Assembly (NCBI GenBank): GCA_000092065.1
Contig: CP000582.1
DNA length: 64,000 nucleotides
Strand: one strand, 5' to 3'
Source of the DNA: Ostreococcus lucimarinus
Taxonomy: Eukaryota
The notes under the pieces are model-generated. The model saw nothing but the letters and a program-made list of their open reading frames with translations, was not told where the DNA came from and made no database searches. The position numbers and the translations under genes are program-made. This document shows positions 1-10,720 of this stretch, piece after piece. Every line of letters begins with the position of its first letter. Positions within the stretch are counted from its first letter, which is position 1.

Positions 1-5
1 AGTCT

Positions 6-1493
6 GTGAAAGACCATCTTGCTCAGAACTGCTTGAAGATCCTTGCACACATTATGAAAACTCATCACCAGATAACACTCACATTGCCACAAGTGTCGTT
101 TGTGCTGTCATTTTCATTTAAAAATTTGTCAGATGATGCGCAGGACCTGAAAAACTCGTTTCTGTTACTCAATTCTCTCATATCGCGGAGAGTGGTCCAG
201 AACGACATGTATGCTCTTATGCATGAACTACTGTTGACGATTGCGAAGGGTCAATCGATGCAAGTTCGAAGTATGTGTTCGCACGTATTCATTCGTTTCG
301 TGTTATCGTATCCCATTGGTGAGAGGAAAGTAGAAGATATGCTTCGAACGCTGATTTCTTCTTTAGAATATCCTCAAGCAGACGGTCGCATGTCTGTGCT
401 GTCAACGATACATGCACTTCTTTTGAAGTTGCCCGAAGTCGCTCTCAAATCTAACGGGCCTCTCTTCTTCTTTCCACTAGTGCTCCGCGTTGCATCAGAT
501 ACGCATTCACAGTGCAGTGAGTTGGCAAATAGAGCACTCGATTGCTTATTTTCACGAGTCGATGAGACGCAAATGATGAAATTTCTCTCTTGTACGATCG
601 TATGGTCAAAAAGGCAAGATATGCTTCAACGTGCGGCATACCAAGTTTTACTGTTGGGATTTTCTAGACATGCCAGTATTACATTTGAAGTGTACTCGCA
701 AGTTGAAGGTCACATGATAAAAAGAATACGTGCGGCTCTTCAACGTAAAGACGGAGTGGACTGGTCTATTACGTATTGTCAGCTGATTTGCTTTGAACGG
801 GCAGTCAGCCATCGAAGTCAATGTCTGGATAGTGAGCATTCAGACGCATTCAGCAGTGAAGCTGATTTCGCAATGGTACACATCCTTCCACACGCCGTTT
901 CTTACGATCATCTTTGGATTCAGGCATCTGCGTTGCGCGTTCTCAGATCTTACCTTCAGGCCGAAACTCGAATGGAAAAGTCTTTCACAATATTGTCTGA
1001 CGTCAATATTGAACTCATCGTTGATGCATTGATTACGGTCATTGAACGACAATCACGAACTAAGAAAGTCGAGCATGCAAACATGGGCGATGTTTTGTTA
1101 TGTTTGACGGCAATCATGACTTCAGTACACGCAAAGGCGATCAGCGAAAAATATAGTTCACAAATATTCCATAGACTTCATAAGTCCGCTTTTTCGTCCC
1201 CAGAGCTCAAGCGTACAATACTCCAATCGATGGCTGCTTTAGTCTCCGCAAACAAATCGCCAATTGATTCGAGTAACATGGTATTATATCATGCATTGCT
1301 TTTATCTTATCATTGCATGGATCGAACAATAGAAGGTTGCGACACCAAGGAAGACTTACAGAGCTATGCAATCGCAGGAGACATATTTTCCAGTCTGCAG
1401 CTGATACTGCCTCCCGAGATTTTTCTTGTGATGTTCGAGCGTGTGAAAACTGACTTAACTAAGAAAGGAAGAAGCGGTACTGTGATTAGCTAG
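6..1493 (+). CDS. HEAT/ARM-repeat protein, C-terminal portion. The gene begins upstream of the window. It may be a nucleolar pre-rRNA processing factor of the UTP20/UTP10 kind, but the family is not resolved.
   Basis: A 495-aa uninterrupted ORF from the window edge with a repetitive alpha-helical, leucine-rich composition typical of HEAT repeats. No catalytic motif was recognised. Confidence 0.35.
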   Translation: MKDHLAQNCLKILAHIMKTHHQITLTLPQVSFVLSFSFKNLSDDAQDLKNSFLLLNSLISRRVVQNDMYALMHELLLTIAKGQSMQVRSMCSHVFIRFVLSYPIGERKVEDMLRTLISSLEYPQADGRMSVLSTIHALLLKLPEVALKSNGPLFFFPLVLRVASDTHSQCSELANRALDCLFSRVDETQMMKFLSCTIVWSKRQDMLQRAAYQVLLLGFSRHASITFEVYSQVEGHMIKRIRAALQRKDGVDWSITYCQLICFERAVSHRSQCLDSEHSDAFSSEADFAMVHILPHAVSYDHLWIQASALRVLRSYLQAETRMEKSFTILSDVNIELIVDALITVIERQSRTKKVEHANMGDVLLCLTAIMTSVHAKAISEKYSSQIFHRLHKSAFSSPELKRTILQSMAALVSANKSPIDSSNMVLYHALLLSYHCMDRTIEGCDTKEDLQSYAIAGDIFSSLQLILPPEIFLVMFERVKTDLTKKGRSGTVIS

Positions 1494-1809
1494 TTACCTT
1501 CGCGATCGTTTGTATGATATTTGTATTTAGAGAAACGTAGTCGAGTTGTCCCTTTACCACACCACAATTCAACATCCTCAGACTTCGCCTCTTCTCAACG
1601 CTACGATTTCATCATCGACCAAATCGACATCACGCGTTCATTCACATAACGTTCTCAGGTTCGAGCAGCCTCGTTAATTTTTTGGCGCCGCGAAAAATAG
1701 CGGTCGACACGTTCTCCAACCGAACACAAGATACGAAAAGCGCTTAACACAGAAAGGTAGGCACGCAGTATCTACACGCTTCCGCGTGCAGTTCAAGTGG
1801 CGTTCCAAC

Positions 1810-3111
1810 ATGGGTAGAACAAGTGTTGCGTCACCCATCTGCTCGTCCATCCACATCCTGAGCTCAAACTGCCAGCTACTTTTGTCCAGGGACTGGCGGG
1901 GAGAGGTGCCGTCTGAATGCTTGAAACGATTAATACAGGATCTTGCGAACAATTTAGAGAACTCTGTCTCCGCTCCAATCGTTGCCGATAGTCAATCTGA
2001 TCTTCGTCTCATGTTCGTTCCGCACAACGATTTAATTATCGCATGCGTTGCGGCAAGCAGCGCCGACATCGGGACTGTTTTTACTTTCCTCCACAGACTA
2101 GTAGGCATATTCTGTGCATATTTTGAGTCTTTCATGGAAGAATCTGTGCGTGATAATTTCGTTATCATATATGAGCTACTCGATGAGGTTGTCGATAACG
2201 GTTATCCTCAGCTTACAGAACCTGCAGTCCTTGGGGAGTTCATCAAAATCCGTGCTCACCGTCTTGAGGCACCAAGCCTGCCTTCAGCTGCTACCAATAC
2301 AATTTCATGGCGAAAGAACGGGATTTTTTACAAAAAGAACGAAGTCTTCTTAGATGTTATTGAGAGATGCAGCTTATTAGTCGATGGAAATGGAAAGGAA
2401 ACGCATTCACAACTTACAGGGACTCTTACTGTACGCTCTCAGTTGTCTGGCCTACCAGTGTGTCAGCTCAGTCTCAACGAACGAGCTACACGGAAAGCCT
2501 TCGACTCTTCGCCAAGTGGTCATGGGTTTCTTGAGGATATGACTTTCCATCCTTGCGTCGATCTGGCGACGTTCAGGATGAAACACCTCCTGTGCTTTAC
2601 TCCGCCTGATGGAAAATTTGACCTCATGACATACCGCACGCTCCACCCTGCAAAGCCACTCATCAATATCAATGCGACAATGTCATCGACAAACTCCAGC
2701 AGAATAGAGTATGCTGTCAGTCTTTCGACTCTCTTTAAAGAACAAAATATTGCTAGTAACATTCAGGTTGAGATTCCTGTGAGCCCTGATACAACTTCTC
2801 CAGAAATTCAGTGTAGCTGTGGCACTGTTGTGTACGATCCCGAGAAAGATGCACTTTTGTGGACGCTTCGAAATATCAAGGGTAAACGAGAATTCAAGTT
2901 ACAGGCTAAACTATGCGTACCATCCACTGGAATTGTAACTCAGTCTCCTGGAATGACTCCGGTGAGAGTTACTTTTGAGATTCCTTACAATACAGCGAGT
3001 GGCTTGCAGGTAAAATATCTCAAGGTTGTAGAAAAAGATGGCTATAGTGCTTTGCCTTGGGTACGTTACATAACACGCTCAAACGGTTATGAATTCCGAT
3101 TCAGAAAATGA
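1810..3111 (+). CDS. Adaptor protein complex medium (mu) subunit, AP-1/AP-2-like.
   Basis: Longin-like N-terminus (SSIHILSSNCQLLLSRDWRGEV), the mu-homology signature RDNFVIIYELLDEVVDNGYPQ, and a C-terminus KYLKVVEKDGYSALPWVRYITRSNGYEFRF that closely parallels AP-1 mu. The likely start is the internal Met at about 1810 within ORF 1786..3111. Confidence 0.8.
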   Translation: MGRTSVASPICSSIHILSSNCQLLLSRDWRGEVPSECLKRLIQDLANNLENSVSAPIVADSQSDLRLMFVPHNDLIIACVAASSADIGTVFTFLHRLVGIFCAYFESFMEESVRDNFVIIYELLDEVVDNGYPQLTEPAVLGEFIKIRAHRLEAPSLPSAATNTISWRKNGIFYKKNEVFLDVIERCSLLVDGNGKETHSQLTGTLTVRSQLSGLPVCQLSLNERATRKAFDSSPSGHGFLEDMTFHPCVDLATFRMKHLLCFTPPDGKFDLMTYRTLHPAKPLININATMSSTNSSRIEYAVSLSTLFKEQNIASNIQVEIPVSPDTTSPEIQCSCGTVVYDPEKDALLWTLRNIKGKREFKLQAKLCVPSTGIVTQSPGMTPVRVTFEIPYNTASGLQVKYLKVVEKDGYSALPWVRYITRSNGYEFRFRK

Positions 3112-4169
3112 GCTTCCCTTTACACAACTGTGTTGCAGTTAATTAGTCAACAAGAAAGACCAAAAACAGCTGCCACTAGTGAAACATCAACCCGAACTGG
3201 CATTCGGGGCATCGTCTTCCCATTGTCATACCTCGATCGAATCAATGAATCTATCGCGAATAGATTATCTAGTATCATCTTCAGATCCGCTTGTGAGACA
3301 TCAGCACCGGTGCGTGCACACTCGAAACGTTCTAGTAAAGTGGTATTTTCTTTAAGCAGCTTTTCAATGCTTAGAATAGCAGGCTCCCCATCGCCTCTCG
3401 AATAGCCGAGACCAAGTGTGTCCGTTCCGACTCCCACATTCGTCGCGTGGGAATTAAATCGACGCATTTCGATGAAATCGCCCAGAGGGAGCTTGGAGGA
3501 AAACTGCGCAGTTGGTATTTCAGAGTTGCCCTTAAGCCAGCGGACGCGAATAGCGACGTCGCGCGCGAGTTTGTTGGGTAGAAGAGCCGCAATAGAAACA
3601 CATGTTGCTAGGTGCGATGTTTGCGGATCACTGGCTGAACGCCTCAGCTCTTGCGCCAATATGCGCGATTCAGTCTCTGTCCAGGTATTCCGGGACCCCA
3701 TGCGCGCGACTGGTTATCCCCGTTAGAAAAGCGTCAATCGTCCTACAAGGAGAACATGTGGGCACGCAAGATACCGATGCGCACGAAGCACTTGCCTTGA
3801 ACACGCTTTCTCTCCCGTTCGTGCGAGAAGCGAGTTGCTCGTTCACAGGGTCTTGCCAAGTCAGGAGGTTTTGTGCTTATTGTACTCTTTGGGGGGTAAC
3901 CTATAGGCGAGGTGTATGTAACCAGTCACTATAAAGTGCCTACTGGTAGGTTACGATTCCACATTACCTATATGGTACGTGGAATATGTACTTTACTTCA
4001 TATGTTGAAAAAACACGCAAAAGCGAGAGTTCTCCCGACGCACGACCAATCATTTTTCACTATTTAGAAAAATGCTTGATTTTGATTGGCTACGTGATGA
4101 GCTCGCACGCTTCAAGGAGCCACGAGCGCACCGCTCGGCAGACTGCGACGCGATCACCCTTTCGACAAG

Positions 4170-6158
4170 ATGCCGATCAAAAGAGCGTCATACCGCAACG
4201 CGGTGGTGTGCGCTTGCGCTTCTCTTTTCCTCTTCGCCGTTTGCGCTTTGCCAATCAACGCCGAAAATCCTACTGAAATCACGGGCACGGTGATCGGCAT
4301 AGATCTCGGCACGACGTACTCTTGCGTTGGTGCATACGTAAACGGTAAAGTCGAGATCATCGCTAATGATCAAGGGAACAGAATCACACCATCTTACGTC
4401 GCATTCACCGATTCTGAAAGACTAATCGGAGATTCGGCCAAGAACCAGGCGTCTGCCAATCCTACTCGGACGGTGTTTGATGCAAAGCGGCTCATCGGCC
4501 GAAAATTCACGGACAAAGAAGTACAACGCGATCTTAAGATGTTCCCATTCAAAGTTGTGGACAAAGACAGTAAGCCATGCATTGAAGTTGAACTCAAAGA
4601 AGGCAAGAAGGTTTTCCAGGCTGAAGAAATTTCAGCGATGGTTCTCACGAAGATGAAGGAGACCGCCGAGGCGTACCTGGGTAAGGATATCAAACACGCC
4701 GTCGTAACTGTCCCAGCGTATTTCAACGACGCACAGCGTCAAGCGACAAAAGATGCTGGTGTTATCGCTGGCTTAAACGTCGCCCGCATCATTAACGAAC
4801 CCACAGCTGCGGCGATTGCATATGGGTTGGACAAGAAAGGCGAGAAAAACATTCTTGTTTTTGATCTCGGAGGAGGTACGTTCGACGTATCGATTCTCAC
4901 GATCGACAACGGTGTTTTTGAAGTCATCTCCACGAACGGAGATACTCATTTAGGCGGTGAGGACTTCGATCAACGTATCATGGAATATTTCATGAAACTC
5001 ATCAAGCGCAAGCACGGCAAGGACGTATCAGGCGACGTGAAGGCTGTGCAAAAGCTTAGACGTGAAGCCGAAAGGGCTAAGCGAACTCTTTCCAATCAAC
5101 ATCAAGTGCGAGTCGAAATCGAAGCTCTTTTCGATGGGATCGATTTCTCTGAACCCCTTACTCGCGCCCGATTTGAAGAGCTGAACAACGACCTCTTCCG
5201 CAAGACCATGGGACCTGTCAAAAAAGCCATGGATGACGCGGGCATGAAGAAGAGCGAAATCGACGAAATTGTGTTGGTCGGTGGTTCGACTCGAATCCCG
5301 AAGGTTCAGGACCTCCTTCGAGACTTCTTCGACGGCAAGGAACCAAACAGAGGAGTCAATCCTGACGAAGCTGTTGCGTACGGCGCCGCTGTGCAAGGTG
5401 GAATACTTTCGGGTGAAGGCGGCGATGAAACCAAAGATATCCTCTTATTAGACGTGGCACCGCTTACTCAAGGTATTGAAACTGTTGGAGGAGTTATGAC
5501 GAAGCTCATCCCCCGTAATACGGTTATCCCAACTAAGAAGTCACAAACTTTCACCACTTATCAGGACAACCAGCAGACGGTAATGATCCAGGTTTTCGAA
5601 GGCGAACGAGCGATGACTAAAGATAATCATCTTTTGGGTAAGTTCGAGCTCACCTCAATCCCTCCAGCTCCTCGCGGTGTGCCTCAGATTGAGGTCACTT
5701 TTGAAATCGACGCAAATGGCATCCTGAACGTTGGCGCTGAAGACAAGGGAACAGGCAAATCAGAAAAGATCACCATAACGAACGACAAAGGACGGTTGTC
5801 GCAAGAAGAAATTGAGCGCATGGTCGAAGAAGCAGAAGAATTTGCGGAAGAGGATAGGAAGACGAAGGAACGCATTGACTCGCGTAATAGTCTTGAGACG
5901 TTTGCGTACAACATGAAAAACACGATTTCTGACTCCGACAAACTCGCTGACAAGCTCGACGACGACGACAAAAACACGATTGAGGAAGCAGTCAAAGAGA
6001 CTCTTGACTGGTTGGATGAAAATCAAAGCGCTGAAAAAGAAGACTACGACGAACAGCTGAAGCAGCTCGAAGAAGTCTGCAACCCTATTGTGGCCAAAGC
6101 GTATCAGAGCGCGGAAACGGACGATTCGGAGACTGTTGACGAACACGACGAACTTTAA
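4170..6158 (+). CDS. BIP: ER-lumenal Hsp70 chaperone BiP/GRP78.
   Basis: Hydrophobic signal peptide ([20 protein letters not shown]), Hsp70 motifs [12 protein letters not shown] and [10 protein letters not shown], and a C-terminal ER-retention signal HDEL. Intronless 662-aa ORF. Confidence 0.95.
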   Translation: MPIKRASYRNAVVCACASLFLFAVCALPINAENPTEITGTVIGIDLGTTYSCVGAYVNGKVEIIANDQGNRITPSYVAFTDSERLIGDSAKNQASANPTRTVFDAKRLIGRKFTDKEVQRDLKMFPFKVVDKDSKPCIEVELKEGKKVFQAEEISAMVLTKMKETAEAYLGKDIKHAVVTVPAYFNDAQRQATKDAGVIAGLNVARIINEPTAAAIAYGLDKKGEKNILVFDLGGGTFDVSILTIDNGVFEVISTNGDTHLGGEDFDQRIMEYFMKLIKRKHGKDVSGDVKAVQKLRREAERAKRTLSNQHQVRVEIEALFDGIDFSEPLTRARFEELNNDLFRKTMGPVKKAMDDAGMKKSEIDEIVLVGGSTRIPKVQDLLRDFFDGKEPNRGVNPDEAVAYGAAVQGGILSGEGGDETKDILLLDVAPLTQGIETVGGVMTKLIPRNTVIPTKKSQTFTTYQDNQQTVMIQVFEGERAMTKDNHLLGKFELTSIPPAPRGVPQIEVTFEIDANGILNVGAEDKGTGKSEKITITNDKGRLSQEEIERMVEEAEEFAEEDRKTKERIDSRNSLETFAYNMKNTISDSDKLADKLDDDDKNTIEEAVKETLDWLDENQSAEKEDYDEQLKQLEEVCNPIVAKAYQSAETDDSETVDEHDEL

Positions 6159-6276
6159 TGTCTGTTCACGGTGGCACGCTTGAAGATTGCAACGCGTAAG
6201 AGACGTAAGAGATTGAGTAGCATGATTTTGTATTAAGCAGTGCCTTCATCCTTCCATGTTTTCGTTTACATCTGAG

Positions 6277-6960
6277 CTATCCCGCCCTCAACCGTACAGA
6301 GTGCCGTTGAATCAGAATGCCGTTGAATCGATCAATGCCCTCTTCGCTAAACTTAGTACCACAGAGTTTAAAAAATGTGAAAGCAGTCAGCAAACTATCA
6401 CTTCCAGCTTGATGTTGTGGACCAATCCTCTCTACTTGCAATAAATCAGCGAGTTTGTTCAGTCCACCGTGTATATTGCCTAGTCGCTTCATCATGAGTT
6501 TCATATCGTAAACTTGTGGGAAGTACTGGTTCAACAGCTCAAAGAACTCGCTTTCTTTTTCTGGAAGTTCTTTACAAGTTGGCAGTTTCAGCAAGTACCC
6601 GAAATCGTAGCCACTGTGAAATGTGATCCAACTCTCTTCATCATTCAATACTACATCACTGACCATCAACAACTCCCCAAACTTTTTGACGTCGATACCG
6701 CGCACTTCGAAGGTAACAAAATCAATGCCGCTTTGTTTCAAAAGCTCTATTGAGTCGCGCGCGTATACATCTTCCCGGAGGCTGAACTCTTTGAAATTGA
6801 ATTGCCAGATACAGTATTGACCATTTACGTGTGCAAGATGTCCGTCGCCGTCAGTGAATGTCAGCCCTAACTGTATAAAGCATATCAACGTTGCAACGCA
6901 GCATGTGATAGTGAAAATCGGACTGTATATAGGGTTGAAAGCCCTTGACTATTGACTTCG
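6277..6960 (-). CDS. CAF1/POP2 deadenylase (CCR4-NOT subunit 7-like). The N-terminal exon or exons are unresolved.
   Basis: The ORF 6277..6888 aligns with CNOT7 from IQLGLTF through WQFNFKF, FHSGYDFGYLLK and ERIGPQHQAGSDSLLT. The upstream peptide ..FHYHMLRCNVDML (about 6872-6960) lies in a different frame; see the findings. Confidence 0.75.
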
Positions 6961-7160
6961 TATATTGCGAGGAATTACGGTCTATGTATTCTCCGTTTCG
7001 GCGAATCCAGCTAAAAACGCTTCGGCACAGTTTTTGTGCCGTTGAGCGTCCAGAGGCGTGCTAGCTGAAGTCGGAACAACAACGCCCACCATCGGGTAGC
7101 CACTAGAACACAATAGTAACATCTGCATCATAATCTAATCTGTCATTTGGTTATCGAACA

Positions 7161-8642
7161 ATGAAGACTGATCCGAGGCCATTTCACGAACGAGAGTATG
7201 CTAGAGCGTGCCAGGAGAACCTGAATGTCTTCCTTACCGAGCGGAGTTGTCCCTTCCACATACCGGAGCAAGAATTTTGGAACACTGCTGTTCCAGGAGA
7301 CATAGATTCCGTCGTTTTGTTTGTTCTAAAACTGGTAGAAAACGACGTAGGTGCAGATAGAGTTGAACATTTTAAATTTGCGCTGAAGTGTTTAAAATAT
7401 CCTTTTCCAGTCAATACTACGGCGCTTGGAAAGAAATACAGTTCAGAACAGCACGTGATACCTTTCTTAACGTGGCTAATTTATTTATTCGTATACGAGG
7501 ATAACCACGAAATGAAAAGTGAGACAAGCGAGAACAAAGGGAGGTTACTTTATTTACAGACAAAGGCGCTATATCAGGATTTTCTGCGAGGTGTGGAAGT
7601 GTACGAGCTCAAAACTGCTGAGCGTTTTCTTTGTCGGTCACCACTATCGAAGGAGCAAGTGCACATAGCAAACAATCGTTTGCAAGGTTTGAAATATGCC
7701 GTTTCAAAGAGAAAGGTAGAGTTGCAACAATACACTGCCACTAAACGGAGCTTCATAACAACACTGAGGAACTTAAAACAGCGAAAGATAGCTGCACTTG
7801 AGCGCCTAGATACGACTCCATCACGCATTTCCATCCAACAGCGACTCTATAGTGGCCTCCAGAATAGCTTGCAGGACTATCGCAAAAAGATTCATATTTC
7901 TGTGGACCGACAAACGCAAAATCGACCTGTGCTTAAACAAGTAGAGTCAGACTCAGACTCTCTTGTGAATACTGAGTCATCCATCTCTATATATAGTGCG
8001 CCACTTGCTGACTTAAAAGAATCACTAGAGAAGCAATATGAGGAATATGTTGGACTGTTGGCTACTTTAGGACTCCCGTGGTCGAGAAGAGGTGTTTTGA
8101 ATGAAGGAAAACTGTTGCAGGTTTTGGAAAATTTTGGCATGCATGAGAAAGAGAATAGTGAGAATTTTCGTGAGTTTCGTGCTTTGTTGGAAAGTGAGTT
8201 ATCGCGAATAAGAGCCAGGAATATTGCCACGCTCGACAGACTAAGAAATACGGAAAGCACAGTACAATTTAACTCGGCAGTGAAAGAGAAACAAATTTCC
8301 GAGTGCGTTTCACTTCAGAAGCAACTTCACAAAGCAGACGTTCATTATCAGCAAGAGCGCCAACGCTGTGATGACGAAATACAGGGACTTGTTCAAAATC
8401 TTCGTGAAATAGAGAAACAAGTTCAGTTGATCACTCATGATGCAAATCCGTCACATGTATCAACTGTGATGGAACGATTGCAGAGTGGTTACGACGAAGC
8501 GTCTCAGTTGTTTTCACACGAGAAAGCAACCATACAGGGCAGTTTACTTATTGCGTTAGACTTACTGATGTTGCATAAGCAACGAAATCACGAACTCTTG
8601 AACAACTGGAGCTTACATACTGACTCCGCTGGTACCGTTTAG
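7161..8642 (+). CDS. Kinetochore protein NDC80/HEC1-like.
   Basis: N-terminal DPRP motif followed by a calponin-homology-like region (LKCLKYPFP, W..LIYLF) as in Ndc80, then about 350 aa of predicted coiled coil. Confidence 0.55.
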   Translation: MKTDPRPFHEREYARACQENLNVFLTERSCPFHIPEQEFWNTAVPGDIDSVVLFVLKLVENDVGADRVEHFKFALKCLKYPFPVNTTALGKKYSSEQHVIPFLTWLIYLFVYEDNHEMKSETSENKGRLLYLQTKALYQDFLRGVEVYELKTAERFLCRSPLSKEQVHIANNRLQGLKYAVSKRKVELQQYTATKRSFITTLRNLKQRKIAALERLDTTPSRISIQQRLYSGLQNSLQDYRKKIHISVDRQTQNRPVLKQVESDSDSLVNTESSISIYSAPLADLKESLEKQYEEYVGLLATLGLPWSRRGVLNEGKLLQVLENFGMHEKENSENFREFRALLESELSRIRARNIATLDRLRNTESTVQFNSAVKEKQISECVSLQKQLHKADVHYQQERQRCDDEIQGLVQNLREIEKQVQLITHDANPSHVSTVMERLQSGYDEASQLFSHEKATIQGSLLIALDLLMLHKQRNHELLNNWSLHTDSAGTV

Positions 8643-9959
8643 TTTGTTAAGATGAGGGTCGAGACCTAACACTCGACGTGAGTCGCTCGTCAGCGTATCT
8701 AATTTCAGCGTTCTTGCTACTTTCATGTGCTTGTGGATAGCTTTAGATCTCGCGTAGAACTGCTGTTTGGATATCCCGTGACTTTTAAAGGCCTTGATAA
8801 ATTGTGCCATTCGAGGGTTGGAGCTATTATTTGGTACGGAACCGTGAACAATGCGCTGATCCCAGACTAAAAAGCTACCAGCCCGAAGTGAAATTCTGCG
8901 TTTCAAATTGTGAATAGGGTCCACAGCCGCAAACTTGAAGCTCCCTGCACCGTGACCTCGCCACACGAGCCTATTTGTACTGGAATCGTTGTGGTTCGTA
9001 TATTTGTTCATGGCCCCCAAATGTTCGACCCAATCTGAAAACACGCTATGGAAGCCAGGAACGAGCACCGTGCCGCCATCTTCGTTTTTGTTCTCCGTGA
9101 TCGATAGAATCCCTTGTAGGTGTGGCCCAGTTACCTGTGTAACACTGTTCATCTCTTTGCTAAAATCGCGCAAGTTTTTGTAGTCCAGCGTCTGTGAAGG
9201 TACATTCCCATTTATATACATCCAAGGATTCAAATCCAAGTGAAGATTACTCGGTGTTTTCCAGGTGGGCATGTCCATGAAGTGTTGGCTATTTTTTATA
9301 CTTATACTTTTTGTTGGTCTGTAGAAGCACCAGCGGTCATGTGACAATAATATATCCGCGTGCCCCAATAAAAGTCGCAGTGCCTTGACCACATACTCGT
9401 TACATCTGTTTCTTATCATCTGTGCTGTGAATAGTGCTGGTTCGGGTGCAAGGCCATAGGTCTTGGAAGATAACACTGAATAAGTGTGTGGGACGCCACG
9501 TTGAAGACTGGGATTCCTGGCCTCCAAGTGGTCCCAAATTTCTTTTGCAGTTTCTTCGCACTCTTCAGGACCGATGATATCGCGAAAGATTACGAACCCG
9601 TACGTTTTAAAAAAATCCAAGAGTTCGTGTTTGTCCGTCTCTGGACCACTGAGTACTTGTCCAGCAGGAAAGGACGTTACAAAGCCCTCGTCATCTGTAG
9701 GTATACTGCACGCCCGTGGATAGAGATTTGCACAGTTGTCAACGACCTTCCGGCGCGTCCTGTTTTTGTGCTCTAAGCGAATATCATCTTTAATCGAACG
9801 AAGAACTGTTGCTGCGTTGCGCAACTGAACTTTCTCCGCTCCGCTGCTTTGTAACTGTTTTATCCGTCGTATTTGTGAACGGTACCGCCGCTGCAACTGG
9901 TCTAACTGAACGCTCTTATTTTCTGTAGTACATTGGTCCACCATTCGATTCTTACGCAC
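8613..9959 (-). CDS. Fe(II)/2-oxoglutarate dioxygenase of the PhyH (phytanoyl-CoA dioxygenase) family, with an N-terminal coiled-coil extension.
   Basis: H-x-D (HFMDMP) and a downstream VWDQRIVHGSVPN pattern spaced as in PhyH-fold enzymes. The family assignment is tentative. Confidence 0.45.
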   Translation of the reverse strand: MRKNRMVDQCTTENKSVQLDQLQRRYRSQIRRIKQLQSSGAEKVQLRNAATVLRSIKDDIRLEHKNRTRRKVVDNCANLYPRACSIPTDDEGFVTSFPAGQVLSGPETDKHELLDFFKTYGFVIFRDIIGPEECEETAKEIWDHLEARNPSLQRGVPHTYSVLSSKTYGLAPEPALFTAQMIRNRCNEYVVKALRLLLGHADILLSHDRWCFYRPTKSISIKNSQHFMDMPTWKTPSNLHLDLNPWMYINGNVPSQTLDYKNLRDFSKEMNSVTQVTGPHLQGILSITENKNEDGGTVLVPGFHSVFSDWVEHLGAMNKYTNHNDSSTNRLVWRGHGAGSFKFAAVDPIHNLKRRISLRAGSFLVWDQRIVHGSVPNNSSNPRMAQFIKAFKSHGISKQQFYARSKAIHKHMKVARTLKLDTLTSDSRRVLGLDPHLNKLNGTSGVSM

Positions 9960-10720
9960 TCTAGTGCATGTTTTATCGGTGCGCGCTTGAGATGCGCGAG
10001 TCTGAAGGCTGTTCGGGAAGAGATGAAGAGTTCGAGAATTGTCACGTTTTTTTATTTGTCCGAGCTAGAACTGTAGAAAATGTAAGCTAACCTGACAGCG
10101 TCATCTTCACGCGCGCTCTTCCCGCGCGAACGGCATCGTGAGATTCGGACCATCATATCATAGACGGCGAAGAAGAAGATACATGTCGAACTCGAGTACT
10201 ACTAAGAAAACGCCGACGGAGGAGGCAGAGTTGTACATTTTGAAACATTTACTTGCAGCGAAGGTAAGAAGATATGAAAACACCGAATGTTGGGTCTAGC
10301 AATATTCATGTTCAGTACTTTTGGCGATTTTAAGCACATTAAGGAACTCGAATATAACTAGTTTGCCACGTTACCACCTTCGATTGACCATGAAGTTAGT
10401 CACTGCTCCAACGGCGCCAAGTGCAGTTAAGTGCTTGTGAGAAGAGGGCCCACGCCCTGACGCTCGATATGCAGGCGAAAAAATTCAATAATGTCATCAC
10501 TCAGTATCGTACAACATTGGCCCGGCAGCGATTACACCGGCTTCAACAGTCCTTGTACATTTCATCGACTCGTTTGAACTGGTTATCGAGGTGTCCACGT
10601 AGAACTACAAGCCGCAAAATATGTTAAGGAAACTTTCAGCACGAAAAAGTCTACCGGGCCTGTGCGCACTTAAAATCGACTTGCTACTTTAGAATCATCA
10701 CGTCGCTAGCTTCGAGCGTT

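Noticed and set aside
3147-3701. 184-aa minus-strand ORF convergent with the AP-mu gene, plus overlapping plus-strand ORFs at 3418..3934
   Set aside because: No recognisable domain, and mutually overlapping ORFs on both strands in a GC-rich spacer. It cannot be distinguished from chance ORFs without expression data.
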